Part shown: piece by piece, positions 14,824 to 28,300 of the stretch
Layout: each line of letters opens with the position of its first letter
How positions within the stretch are numbered: position 1 is the stretch's first letter
Source: Auanema rhodensis
Taxonomy: Eukaryota; Animalia; Nematoda
Assembly (NCBI GenBank): GCA_964057225.1
Contig: OZ059898.1
Location: forward strand, 15,500,001 to 15,564,000
DNA: 64,000 bases
Direction: 5' to 3'
Program-made: the position numbers and the translations under genes
Notes under the pieces: model-generated
What the model was told of the DNA's origin: nothing
Database searches by the model: none
Seen by the model: only the letters and a program-made list of their open reading frames with translations

Positions 14824-17800
14824 CTATATGGAAGACCATGGACAGTATTGTTTCTTATTTCGTAATACATCAAGTGTTGGAGATAATGAGCATGTTGTTG
14901 ATAAAAGTGAAGACAAACGTATGGTTGGTGAGAAAACTCCTTTTGAACCTGAATAAAATTATTTTTTTTTCTAAAAAAGAAAATATTTGTAATTGAAAAT
15001 ACCATTATGAGCTGAAACATGCATGATTCGAATGTTATTCTTTCGAGCATATTCTTGTCCTTGCATCATACTTCTACTAATTTTCTTAATTTGCTCTGAA
15101 TCTCTTGATGATATAAGGATCAGAAGTTTTTCTCGATCACTCATATCCATAGTTAATGTATTTGTTCCCATTACAACAGCCTAAAGTTAAATATATTTAA
15201 CCAACGTTTCAGCTTTAAGTTGTAAAGTTAAAGCTTGACTTACATTAGCAAGTGTCATTTCACATTGAGAATTTTGAATATTACATCCACCATACTGTAA
15301 ATTACTAATCATATAATCATTTTCATATTTTGTTGTTGATGATTGAAAATTTAATAAAGTTTTAACAAATTCAGCAGGAACTGTTTTCAATAATGATAAT
15401 CTGGAGACCTGAAAATAAAAATAAAATTATAAATAATAATAAATTAAATTAAATTACTTGATTACATGTATTTGTATTATCTTCAAACATATTATATAAT
15501 TGTCTAATTATTATTTTTATATTTTCAAATGTATATTGATCCATAATATTAATATCATCTATATAGATAACTACATCAGTTCCTAAAATTATAATATACA
15601 TATAGTTAGATTTATATAATTTATATTTAACCTCGAAAAGTACAATTGATTGAATTTGAAGTAGCTTGATATGTCGATGTACCATGTATACGTATAGGTG
15701 TTGCAGATGTGGGCCAATTCATGTTGTATTGTGTTGGATATGTGGGTGCTACATGTTGAATCCTGAAAATGAATTCTCCATGATGATTGTGAACATCAAT
15801 TTTTTAAAAACATAACAGAAAGTTGAATACGGGAATTTACCATTGAACGGGATAGAAAGGGAACGAACGCTTATGGCGATGCCTCATGCCATCCAAATCA
15901 CTCAATATACTACCTAAAACCTCAGTATAAACATCTATTACTCTATGTATGTAGTATATTCAGACCTGAATCAGGTTTTTTCACTTTAGATTTCAAGTTT
16001 GAAATTAGGCTTGAGGTAGTTGAAGCCTGAGACTCGTTAAGGTTAGCTTGAGGATTTAACTCGATTCTTTCTGTTACAGAGGCTGTTGAAGCAGATGAAA
16101 AAGGAGATAGTAGATGATTTAATGAGACAGGCCTTGGCTTTAATAGATCTGGTAGAACATGTGAGATACTGTCAACTTGAATTTAAAAAAATTAAAAAAA
16201 TGAAATATTTTATTCAAATTCTCTTACTTCGTCTTATGTTTGATGTTTCAAAAACAGTATCACGAGCTGCTCGAGAAAAATATGGAATTTCTTTAAGTTT
16301 TTCCGAAATTCCGGTTGATGATCCATCATTCACTTTCAAATCTTCAGTATCATCGTTGCTTTCAGATTTGAGGATGCCAGCATTCTGTGAGCCATCGACG
16401 ACCACCTGTGCAGCCGGAATCTGAAATTGTTGCTTAACGTAAATGAAGGCACAAGCTATAGTAATTGACTTCAAATGGCTGTTGTTGTTGAAAAACTGGA
16501 AGACTAGGATAAACTGGAGCTTGAGGAAAAACTGGAGCAACTGGTCCATAGCTATATGAACGATATGGACAACCAGGCGAAGCATATCCATTAGATGAGC
16601 AGCCGTATGGATATCGTCGTTGTTGTTGTTGTGGCTGATAACAAGGATAATATGGACATCCAGATGTATATGTATTGTATTCCTCATAACCAGAATAATA
16701 TGGATTTGAATAATCAAAACGTCGTTGTTGTAGGAATGAATTGGAATTTGCTTCAATAACAGGCTTCTAAATAAATAATATAATTAGCATAAATAAATAA
16801 AAAAGAAAGAAAAATAACGCTATCAACCGTTACTACATCAAACTGTGTGAATAAATACGTTGACGTGTACGTGAAATTCTCACGTGCTCACGTGAAATTC
16901 ACGTAAACTTTGACGCGAATGAAAGACCAAACTTATACTTACAGAGCATGTACATTCACTTTGACGCTGAGCTGGATATCGTACTTGACGTTTCGATCTT
17001 TTCATTAAGTCAGATGAGTTTTCTGATACGTCAGTGTTTTCTGATGTCATCTTATCGTCATCTTCATATTCATATTCTGGAGTTGATACGGTGGTCCGCA
17101 TCATATCAACATCGTCTTTAGCTGGATTTGGATTGATTTTCACTGAAATGAAAGTTTAAAAAATTGTTTTAAATCTTAATATATAGTTAGAACTTGATAT
17201 GTATGTATGTAACTTACATCCAGGTGGATCAGCAACAATCTCATATTCATAATCTTCTGTTGATGTAGCAGGTTTTCGATTAAATTTCGATGATTGTAAT
17301 AAAATATTTTTTGAATCCTTTAATTTATATTAATTAGTTATAACATATATTATATATTTTATTCAAAACATACTGTATTTTCTCCAAAATTACTTGGAAG
17401 AACTGGTAACATTGGATGTTGACGATCATTATCCACAATAACAATTTCTTTATCATCATTAACATCAGATTCACAGATAGGACATGCAAATGTCTGAGAG
17501 CAAATTGCTTCTCGCATCTTCAGCATATCTAAGCTGCTGAAATAGAAATAGCATATTCAAGTTATACATTGATTTTGATTTTCACATACTCGGATACAGT
17601 AATTCGTCCATCTTGAACTTGTGGACCAAATGTTGGTGGTGAAGGCATTGTTGGTTGTTGAAGAGTAACATTAGGATACAGTTGCTGATATCGAGACATA
17701 TATCTGAAAATAAATAAAAATATTTATATAAATATAAATATATTATACCTTTTATATGGATCATTATAACTCATATAATAATTATAATATGGATTATCAT

Positions 17801-18550
17801 ATGTTATAACTCCTAAACATATAGTTAAGATGGTTTAAAGTTATATGAAAATAGCTATACATACCTGTTCCAAATAATATTTCAACTATTTTTAAATTTG
17901 CATCTCTTTCCGTTAATGAACGATAAAAGTAATAATCTTCTGATAAACCGGAGCCACTCTGGATTATTACAATCTTCTTCATTCGATTTGATTTAATAGA
18001 AAATTGCTTCAAACTATATTCAACAGCCTGAATTCAAATAGTTTATTCACCGCAATGTACTGTGGAATTAGGTTGAAACCTTCTGTGTTCCTGATTCTAC
18101 TTCTTTACACCATGAACTGCCGCAGGGCATTTTTTTGAGATTTTCAATAGCTAAAGCTAGATCACTCTGTCTACCGTAAGCAAACAGTTCAATTTTGGTT
18201 ATTGGATCTTTGATATTATCGAAAAACACAACACCAACTTGAGTATTCTGGAATAAAATTCGAATGAAATTAATAAAATATCTTAAGTTGGCAGCTAAAG
18301 CTGTAAGCTTTAGGAGCTTCAAACTAACCTGTGTATCTCTACCTAAATCAAGTGTGCTGGAAAATCGTTTCATAAATTCTTTAATATTTAAAAATTCTTC
18401 ATTTTGTAAAAGATGTGATGCTTTTACAAGAAAAATAACATCTGAAGGACCAAGATCACAAGTATTTGCTTGTGAATCAACTGATATTGTATTTTGTAAT
18501 AGGAATATGAAGATTATTCTAACAAGTTCAATCAGTTTTGAGTTAATCAT
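14824..18550 (-). CDS. Secreted protein: signal peptide, degenerate vWA, RSKR site, Tyr/Cys/Pro/Gln-rich region, RHKR site, second degenerate vWA
   Basis: About 16 exons splice in frame. N-terminus MINSKLIELVRIIFIFLLQNTISVDS. vWA1: CDLGPSDVIFLV...FLNIKEFMKRFSSTLDLG...TQVGVVFF...KKIVIIQSG...MREAIC. vWA2: CTFRGTDVVIYID...FENIKIIIRQLY...EKLLILISS...ARKNNIRIMHVS...LLSTTC. Ends ...QYCPWSSI*. The ATG directly follows TTTTCAG. Confidence 0.8.
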
Positions 18551-18557
18551 CTGAAAA
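18551..18557 (-). promoter_or_regulatory. Candidate SL trans-splice acceptor
   Basis: TTTTCAG abuts the ATG of the signal-peptide exon. Confidence 0.6.
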
Positions 18558-19203
18558 TGAAAACTTTTTTTCAAGAAAAAATTGAAAATAAGCCAATAGA
18601 AAGCGAAGGAATCAGAAATATGACGAAGCTCTACTTGCTAACAAGTGCAACAATGAAATGAATGAGGCAAGTGCATGAATCAGGATATTACCTTCATTTT
18701 TTTTGTTCATAGCCTCAGGCAAAAAGCAGAAAAACAGGCTGAAGAAGCTGAGACGTGTATAAGAAACTTGTCTTTGGCTAATCCGAGTTGCTAGTTTTGG
18801 AAAATATGAGTAGATGAATCAGAATGAACGGAATACATGGTTATATCGTCGAATCGTTGTCGTCCTTAGCGACCGTCCCAATTACTGGTGGATTGTATCA
18901 TAGAAGGTTAAGAGAGAAGTTTTGCATGGACTGTGGAGGAGTTGACTAAGTAATTGTATAGAAAAGATTGAAAAAGAGAACAGAGAATGGGAGAAACGAA
19001 GAGATAGAACGCGAGCTGGAGAGTAATTAATATGAAGAGAAAGAGAGAGAGAGAGAGTAAGAAAGAGAGAAGGGGGTATTGAGGTAATGAGGTTAAAAGA
19101 GTTATTTTATGAATGAAATTGGTATGAGGTCAACTGAACTTTCAGCAAAAAACCGTTTAATGTATGATAAATAAGCAGAAACATAAATAATGAGCACTCT
19201 TAT

Positions 19204-19235
19204 TCTCTCTCTCTCTCTCTCTTTCTAGCTCTCTC

Positions 19236-19295
<60 letters not shown>

Positions 19296-19313
19296 TCTCT
19301 CTATCTCTTTCTC
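19204..19313. repeat. Imperfect (CT)n tract between the divergent vWA gene and gcy-36
   Basis: Directly visible; an opposed (GA)n tract lies at about 19036-19070. Confidence 0.9.
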
Positions 19314-20499
19314 GCCATTTCCCTTTTTATCTTTTTTTTTTCAGAAAACTATAAATGTCTTGTAATGTCTATCAACTTCTTATATTCTTTTCTTTTTTTC
19401 AGATACTTACACAGTCTCTTCCATGTGCCATATACAATCCGCATGGATGACGTTCTTCTCATTCATTCTCTTACCTATCTGAAGACATTCATCAACTTAG
19501 CAAGACAGTAGTGACTCAGACATAGATAATTAGCTGCTATGTGAATTGAATAGGAAGGAAGAATATCGAAAGTTATAATTTTTCACGCAATGACTTCAAT
19601 ATATGGATATAACGCAATGAAATTTTGTTTCCAAGGCCTTCAGACGTGGATTCATCTTCTGTTATTTCATTGAAATCTTATCCACTTCACTTAGCAATAC
19701 CCACAACCTTAGTCTAAACTCCGTTTCGCAACAAAAAATTTTTTAAGTCAGCTTCTAGTTCTTGTCTGGGGTTTTAGTTACAACTTTCCCATAAAATTGA
19801 TTTGAGGTTAGAACTAATGATTAGTTTTGGTTAACTATTCAAACAAATTTTACTATATCATATAGTTAATGAAAAAGTACTTATTGCGATTCTTGGGAAG
19901 TTCAAGAAATCGGAAATCAATTTCATCTTCAAGAAAGTACCCTCAATTTCTGAACTAACTGATCTCTTTCATGCCTTCTACTTAGTCAATGCTACTTCCC
20001 ACTACTGAACTCTGACATACATTCCAGGTTGCCACGTAACGCTATCAACTAAAGACAAGCAGAAAGCAACGAAGCTGGGAGTGTCCAGGTTTTAAGTTTC
20101 TCTCGTTTCATGTATGAGTATATCGACATCGTCTATCATTCTCAACAGCTCTTCCCATTCTGTCTTCTCTCTATCAACTACATGTTCATCATGATATTGA
20201 TTAGAGTTCTTCTTAATATATTCTATATGGATATGTGTTAAAGAAGAAGAAGAAGAAGAGAAGATAAAGAGGTAAAGATGTCGAAGATGAAGATGAAGCA
20301 TAACGTTTTTGCTTCCACTAGAGAGCTTCGTATGTCATTTATCTATGGACATTGAGCAAGCCTTTAAGGTGCTTCATTGCATGTCTTTTATTTATTCATC
20401 ATTATTTATCTGAAATGAGGGCGTGGTATGGACACCTTTTGGCTATCTTCAACCTGCTTCGACATCTTCAATACACGAGTCAGCTATCCATCCATCAGA

Positions 20500-23400
20500 A
20501 TGGTAAGTATTATTTTTATTTTTATTTTTAAATTTTTATTTTAAATAAATAAAATAATTTTAAAAAACTCATTAAGTATTTAACTATGCTATCTATACAT
20601 ATGTATATATTATAGTTTGGGTTCATTCATGAAAGTATTAAACAGTTAATGATACGTAAATATGGTGAAGAATTTTGGTTAAAAGTATTGTAAGTTTCAT
20701 ATAATTTTAATAAATATAAATTTTAATTTATATATTTAAGAGTAAGAGCAGGATTTGAAGCAGGAAAAGAGAATATAGTTAATCATTATTATTCTGATAG
20801 TGATACATATCTACTTATAGATGCTGTTAGTGTCTTATCAAGTAAGATTTCAAAAACAATTTTACTTTTTCATTTCAACTTTAAAGTTTTTTTCCATCTT
20901 AAAACTTTAGAAATGGGACGTGAACAAGTTTGGGAAACATATGGAGCATTTTTAATTGAATATACTATGGAGATTGGTTGGGATGAGCTTATACGATCTA
21001 TGAGTCCAAATCTCAAAGTAATTCTAAATCTTATTTTATGAGAAAGACGTATATACTTCTTTTCTCTTTACAAAATCTAAATACAATGCTTTTATTTTTC
21101 TGAATTCAAACAAAAAAACATTCGAAAAAATCAATAAAATTCACGTGAAACTCTCACGTTGATATGTTAATTGAATTTGAATTTTGCAGGGATTTTTGGA
21201 TAATTTAGATTCACTTCATTATTTTATTGATCACGTAGTATATAAAGCAAATTTACGTGGACCATCATTTCGTTGTGAAGAAAATAATGATGGAAGTATA
21301 ACTTTACATTACTATACAGGACGACCTGGATTATATCCTATAGTTAAAGGTAATTTTAAGAATATACTATATGTATAGATAGATAGATATAGAATCATCT
21401 CATTTCAAATTGATTCAGGTGTTATTCGTGAAGCAGCTAAGCGTGTTTTCAAGATTGATGTCGCACTCACAATCAATGGACGCACACAGCGGTCAGTTCA
21501 AATGGCATCTGGTGAACGCATAGAAGAGCATGTTGTCTTTCAAATAAAGGTTACATCTTTATAAAAATTTGATGAAAAAACAATGTTTTTCGTTAGACGA
21601 TCATCAAGGATGGATCTTCTGAAATAGAAGTTCCTACTGTGCCTGCTACTAGAATAGTCGCCCCAAGTGATTATCGTATTCGTTTGACACATGAAGATTT
21701 CGTTCAAACCTTTCCATACCACTTTGTGATTGATCAAGATTGTAAGCTTCTTCAAGTGGGAAATGCTCTTTAGTAAGTTATTATGGATACTTCTATTTGC
21801 ATTTTTCCTTTTTCAGTAATCACATACCAAAAGATTTGCTGGCACCAGGAACTTTACTATTACGAATATTTGAAGTTACAAGACCTCAAATTCCTTTAGA
21901 CTTTGAAATGATTTTAAATTTCATTAATGCTGTATTCGTATTACAAGTCAAGACAACACCAATGGATTTTCAGAAGAATAAGAAGAACAGTCAAACAGAT
22001 GGCGTTGGGTATGATTTTTGACATATCTGAAACTCATTAAAACAACTTTATTCAGATCAACATCAGATAGTGAGCATAGCGGCGGCTTTGATCAACTTCT
22101 CAATCAAGCGCAGCATTTGAAGCTTAAAGGCCAAATGATGATGTTGACCACAGGTACTAAGAATTTTCTTTGAAACTTTACGATATTCTGTAAACTATAG
22201 GACAACACATAATGTATTTATGTTCTCCATATGTTACATCAATACCCGAACTTTTACAATTTGGAATGCGTCTAACTGCTATTCCTCTTCATGATGCAAC
22301 CCGTGATCTCATTCTCCTAAATCAACAACGCCTATCAGACGTAGAAATGAAGTAAAAACTTGTTAATCTTATTTATACTAATTATGCTAATTAAAAATAA
22401 TTAAGTCTGCAATTGGAAGCCAGTAATGAACAATTAGAAATGATGGCTAAAGATCTTGAGGTAAGAAATCTCAATGTTTTTCATCAATCACTTACACGTA
22501 AAAACACAGCGTTCACGTAAAACTCTGACTCAACGATTCATTTTATTTTCAAAATAGCAATAGATTCGGTTGATTTTCTTGAGATTTCATTCTTTTTCGA
22601 TTTTTCTATATTTTTTATTTTTTTTTGAAAATTAAGATTGAAAAAGGAAAAACTGATGCTTTACTAAGTGAAATGCTTCCACCAACAGTTGCACATCAAT
22701 TGAAAAGTGGACAAAGTGTTGAAGCAAGTGAGTTTCTAAACATTTATTTTTTATTTTAATATAAATTTTATAAAAAAAATATTAAAAGAGATTTACAATA
22801 AAAAAAGTTTTTTTTTTATTAATTTTCATTAATCTTTACTCTCTGATGTACTTGTCTAGCACTTAGCACTTACATACAAGACATGAATTTTTAACTTTTT
22901 ATCAGAATATAATCATATAATATTCAAATATATATAAATATTTGAATTAATTATATAATTTCAAAAATAAATTTAGGAGAATATGAAGAAGCAACAGTTA
23001 TGTTTTCTGATGTTCCTGTATTTCAACATATAGTTCCATTATCACGTCCAAGAGATGTTGTTCATCTTTTAAATAATTTATTTACACGTTTTGATCGTTT
23101 GGTTGTTATACATCAAGCTTATAAGGTAGAAACAGTTGGTGATAGTTATATGTCTGTTGGTGGAATTCCAGAACAATGTGATAATCATTGTTCAATCATA
23201 TGCCATTTAGCCTTAGGTTTGTTGTAAACTATATATATAATTAGAATTATATTATATACTATAGGTATGATGATGGAAGCATTAAGTATTGAAAATCCAA
23301 TATCTGGAGAGCCATTGCAAATTCGGGCTGGAATTCATTCTGGTCCAGTTGTAGCTGGAGTAGTCGGAGCTAAAATGCCGCGGTAAGATGAAAGCTTCAA

Positions 23401-23872
23401 TAGCTTAGCGATTAAGTTTTCATTGCAGTTATTGCTTGTTTGGGGATACAGTTAATACAGCATCTAGAATGGAAAGTCATAGTCCTGTGGGTAGAATTCA
23501 TTGTAGTGAAAAAGCAGTTTTGTATGAAATTCCTTCTCAAATATATCTTATAATATGATGAATATCTTATAGATCTGCTAAAAATTCTGGAAGATTTGAG
23601 TTTGAGCCAAGAGGAAAAGTTCAAATTAAAGGCAAAGGAGAAATGAATACATTCTTTCTTACAAGAAGTTTAAAGAAATCAATTTGGGAAATTATTCAAA
23701 AGAAACGAGGTGAATTCTATCCAAATTTCATTTTTGAATTATTCTAAATTATCTTTATTTAGATGAAAATATTAACAGTATTGATGGATATGCTGAACTT
23801 CGTAATGGATTAGAAGATAAATCAGATCAAAAAAATGCAACAAAGAGATCAATAACATGTTCTATTTCTTAA
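20500..23872 (+). CDS. gcy-36: Atypical soluble guanylyl cyclase (H-NOX, PAS, coiled coil, cyclase, C-terminal CAAX)
   Basis: ATG|gtaagt, then [24 protein letters not shown]...[78 protein letters not shown] and [21 protein letters not shown]. Ends TCSIS*. Nearly identical to C. elegans GCY-36 as I recall it. Confidence 0.9.
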
Positions 23873-25345
23873 TTATAATTTTTCTTTTCTTTCTTTTTTT
23901 TTTTATAAAACAAAAAATAATATTTTACTTTAAATTTAAATAATTAAATACATACATATAATATATTTTTATATTTTTTTGTTATTTTCTAAAAAGTATT
24001 TTGTATTATTTTCATTTTAAAATTAAAATTTTAATATTTATTTCTTTCTGAACGTTTATCAAAAATTGTTTTCAGTACAGTGTGCACAATGCTTTATGAG
24101 AATCTTATAAATAGAATATTATTCTATAAAAATGTTTATTATACACATACATAGATATGTTTTATAATTAAATAAGTTTAATATGTTGTATTCTTAACCA
24201 ACTTGAATGAACTTACTATTGCAACTTTTGAGGTCATACATGTCACATCAGCAACCATTTAACATTCACTTTTCAACGTTTTAAAATGATTTATATTAAT
24301 ATTTTTTATAGTTAACTTCAAAATAATAACAATATATTGTATTAATCATAAAATATTGAACAGGTATCATCATCATCATTGTTAATCGTCATCGTTTAAT
24401 GTCCATCTGAATTATTGCCTCGTTCTGGCCAATGATGTTCTACCGTTTCACTCTTTCTCTCCCTTTTTTATTTCTGTTTCTCTCTTCTATTCATATCCTC
24501 TCTCTCTCGATTCACTTGTAACTACTCTATCTTTGTCTTCTGTCTTCAACTATCCGGTTTGCTGATTATGAGTAATACCTTCGACTCCGTCGACGACGAC
24601 CACGACGACGACCACGACGATGATGGTGATGATGCCGACGAGACTGTGGGCAGAAAAATCATTCAACATGCAACTTCCGTCGTTCTCACACATACACACA
24701 CATACACCTACAGCCAGATACATAAACTGAATAATAATAATACGTCAACGAGGCTTAGCATAATTTTGACTGGAAAATCTGGAATCAGTCATTTGAAATC
24801 AATAGCTGAAACCAAACTCAGTTTATGTTCTTTCCATCCTCATCATCTATTTCAGACTTTTGCTCTTCCAATTCATGGACTCGTCATCAATGGATGGCAG
24901 ACTGAACACACATACATACACTCATACATTGACCATTTAACATTCTGTTTACCACTTTTACTTCATAATATCTCATGTTAAGCTGTTGCCTCATACTATC
25001 TCTACATCATTTCATACAGTTTTTATATTCATCCGTTAAGTTTGACAACAAAAAAAGCACCAAATCCCACTAACTATAATCCCATAGTATGCTATTGAAG
25101 GTATATAATCCTCTGTCGCATCTTTCATTGTGTTGTTGCTTCCTCTTCGAACCTCAATGATAATTAAAATCTGAATACCCTGAATATCTTTCACACTTCA
25201 AGCCAACTGTTTTAAATTTACTGCGCGATTCTGGAGCTTTTTCACGCTAAAGCTTCTTGTATCCGCCTTGTCATCGTGTAATTTCCAATTACTGATTTTG
25301 AATTTTCTTTTACACGTTCCATTACTAATAGATTGCGTTTGTTCA

Positions 25346-28300
25346 ATGGGAAGTAAGTCTTCAAAGGGCCGGGTGACGGATCACGTGGCCTTTTCGACCA
25401 GCCCTGATCCAATTCCGAACATTGTGGTGACGAAGCCGACTCCATTGAATAGTCCGGATAGTCCAAAACCATTTGCACCACCACCATCTCCAACAGCTAC
25501 GTAAGTGATTATCGTTTACTTACAGTATCTATTTGGAGTTCTTTTTCTAGATATTATTATCCAGAACAGCCTCCACATCGTGCACCTCCACCGACTCCTA
25601 TGCATATCAGGTGAGCTTTGATTGATGCTAAGCGTCATCATGTTGACGAGGTTTTAAGCTTGACATTAACTAATTTTAGCTCAATGGATTTGGCTTCTGC
25701 TGAAACCTCAATCTTATCTGGAACACCTCCCTTAGACAGACCACCTGATAGACCACCTCCACCACCACCAGTTGATGATGACGATATCCCACCACCAGCT
25801 CCATTACATGTAGCGTTTTCTGGAAAAATTTAAATAATAATTTCAAACCAAAAATCATTTTTTACAGCTTTTAATTTTTGATAGCCTTTCAAGTTTGATT
25901 GGAAAAATCAAATGATAATACACAATCGGACAAACGGTATTCCATGATTTTTGCAATTTCAGCCTGCGCCATTTCCGAAAATAACGGATACTCCAATGCC
26001 TGTGCCATCACCCCGAACAGGTTTACCAACTATTAAACGAAATATTATTTATGCGAAGGTAAATCTACGAAAGATTAAACTTATTTTTTGCATGTTCAAT
26101 TGAAATCATCGTGTATTTGGAATTGAACGCCTCAGGCGATAACCACACAAGATTTACAAACAACTTCATCATATGAATTTCAGGATAAAATCAATCAATA
26201 TGAAGCTTTGAATACAACAGATCGTAAAAAGGAAAATGGATATGTTGCTAAAACTGATGATACATCTAAATATTATTCGATTAAAGATGCTAAGCCATCA
26301 GAATATTCTTCAAGATTTAAGCCATTTACTTCAAGTTCTTCGAAATCTTCACCAACAATGCCAACCAGTGCTACAACACCAGCTGTGACACCTAAAGTAC
26401 TGGCTTACAATTAGTTTGAATTAAGTATTAAGATGAAAAATGTGTTTTCAGTTAGATAACTATCCTATATATAATCCTGTTGCTGATTACTCATTCAAGA
26501 GCGGAACATCATTCCAACAAGGAGCTTTTCCTATTGAATCTGTAAGCAGATTTTCGATTTCTTAATAATTCACACAAGTGTCCTTACTTTTTTCTCACAG
26601 AATCGTATTAATATTGGATTTTGTGGCCGGAAAGGATGCGGTAAATCCACGCTCATCAATGCTTTACGAGGAATTCAGCTTGGTGAGCCGCAATCAGCCG
26701 GCAGAACAACGTGCTCATCAATGGAGCCATTTAGGTATCTCTCATATAATAAAATCATTTGAATACAACATAGCTGTATACTGAATCTATTTTTAGATTC
26801 CTTCAAGAAGATCTTCAGAATATAGTATTATGGGAAATTCCATATCCACAAGCATTCAATACAGTTGTTGATATATATGATCGTAATATGAGTTTTGATA
26901 AGATGTATGAGTAAGTTAATTATCAATTTAACTTTAAAACTTTAAAACTTGGTTTAGAACTCATAAACTTCATCTGTTCACTCATATATTTGTCTTAATT
27001 CCTGATGGTGCTACTCATAATGATGATGTATCATTCAGTAGAATAGTGCATGCTAGGTAAGAATTACAGACAATTTCTTTCATATTTCTATTTTTGTTTT
27101 CAAGACGATCACAAATAACATTTATTTCATCAAAAACTGATGATGATCTTGATGCTGAAAGTAGAGAGTTGGGACGATTCGTCAACGATAACTTGAAGCG
27201 TGAATACGAGACCCGAGGTAAAGCTTTCAGAAATTTCTTTTTTTGAACCAAAAAAAAACTTTTTTTTTTCAACTTAAGCTCGATCTGTATTCTTAAAAGC
27301 CATTCATCAGCGTGGACAAATTTTGAGAGAAATTGATTTATGGTTCATTTCATCTAGCGTTATTAAGGATTTATTATGCGGAACAACTGGGTATACTTTT
27401 TCGAAAATTACATTTCAAAAAAATTTTTTTTCCTCTTGAAAGAAAGAAAAAAAGAAAAATAATTTCCAGACATTTACATTATAAAATGGATGAAATGGAT
27501 CTTATTAACAGTTTGAAACTTAAAATCGGATGTCATTATGCTTTAGAAGCAAAGAGAAAACGCGAAGTAAGACATCATGATATTCATTTTTCAAAAATCT
27601 ATTTTGATAGAGAGAAGATGTCTCATCAATGTCGTCACATTATGAAGAAACTGATATTTATTTATCAAAAAGAGTATAATTATTCTATTAAATTATAAAA
27701 TATTTTATATAATGATTTAGCCTGATGTATACAAATCAGCCCAACTTCCTAAATTTGCACCACCAATTGTTCCAACAAAACCACCTGAGGTAACACCTTA
27801 CTAAGCTTTTTTTCGTTTTATTTCAATTTTTTCTGAGATATATAAGTCAATTTTCTGAATATATTATTGTTTATTACTATAGAAAGCTACAACACTAGTT
27901 GATGCTGGCTTTGAAATATTGTATGGAACTGATGATCGAGTATTTGGTAATATGGAACCAAATACAACAGTTCGAAGAGCTGGAAAGGTTTGAAGCTATT
28001 GAGCTCATTCTTGATGAACATCATGATACAACTTGTTTAGACGGTTTTCAATTATGGCTTTGTTGGAGGAAGTGGTGTAGGAAAATCAGCTATGATAAAT
28101 GCTTTACGTGGAATGTCCTCCAGACATCCATTAGCAGCTGGAAAGGTCAGTTTTAATTTTATTTTTAATTAAAATAAAATTTGAATAAAATTTATTTTTG
28201 TAGTCTCGTGCTAAAGCTGGATCATGTGAACGATTTGAATTTGAAGATGATTTACTGAAATATAATGTAACACTTTGGGAATTACATTATCCCAAGAAGA

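Noticed and set aside
15181-15201. Apparent 21-nt intron in the vWA gene
   Set aside because: A consensus GTAAGT donor at about 15243 gives a normal intron of about 63 nt in the same phase.
20418-20426. GCGTG (AHR/XRE core) about 80 nt upstream of the gcy-36 ATG
   Set aside because: A single 5-bp match without the full consensus is not distinguishable from chance.
24559-24981. 140-aa ORF with a DDDHDDDH tract upstream of the IRG-like gene
   Set aside because: Non-ATG start; the acidic tract is a GAC/GAT trinucleotide repeat; no splice link to the downstream gene.
23873-25345. gcy-36 and the IRG-like gene as an SL2 operon
   Set aside because: The gap of about 1.5 kb, containing promoter-like sequence, is much longer than the usual intercistronic spacing of about 100 bp.
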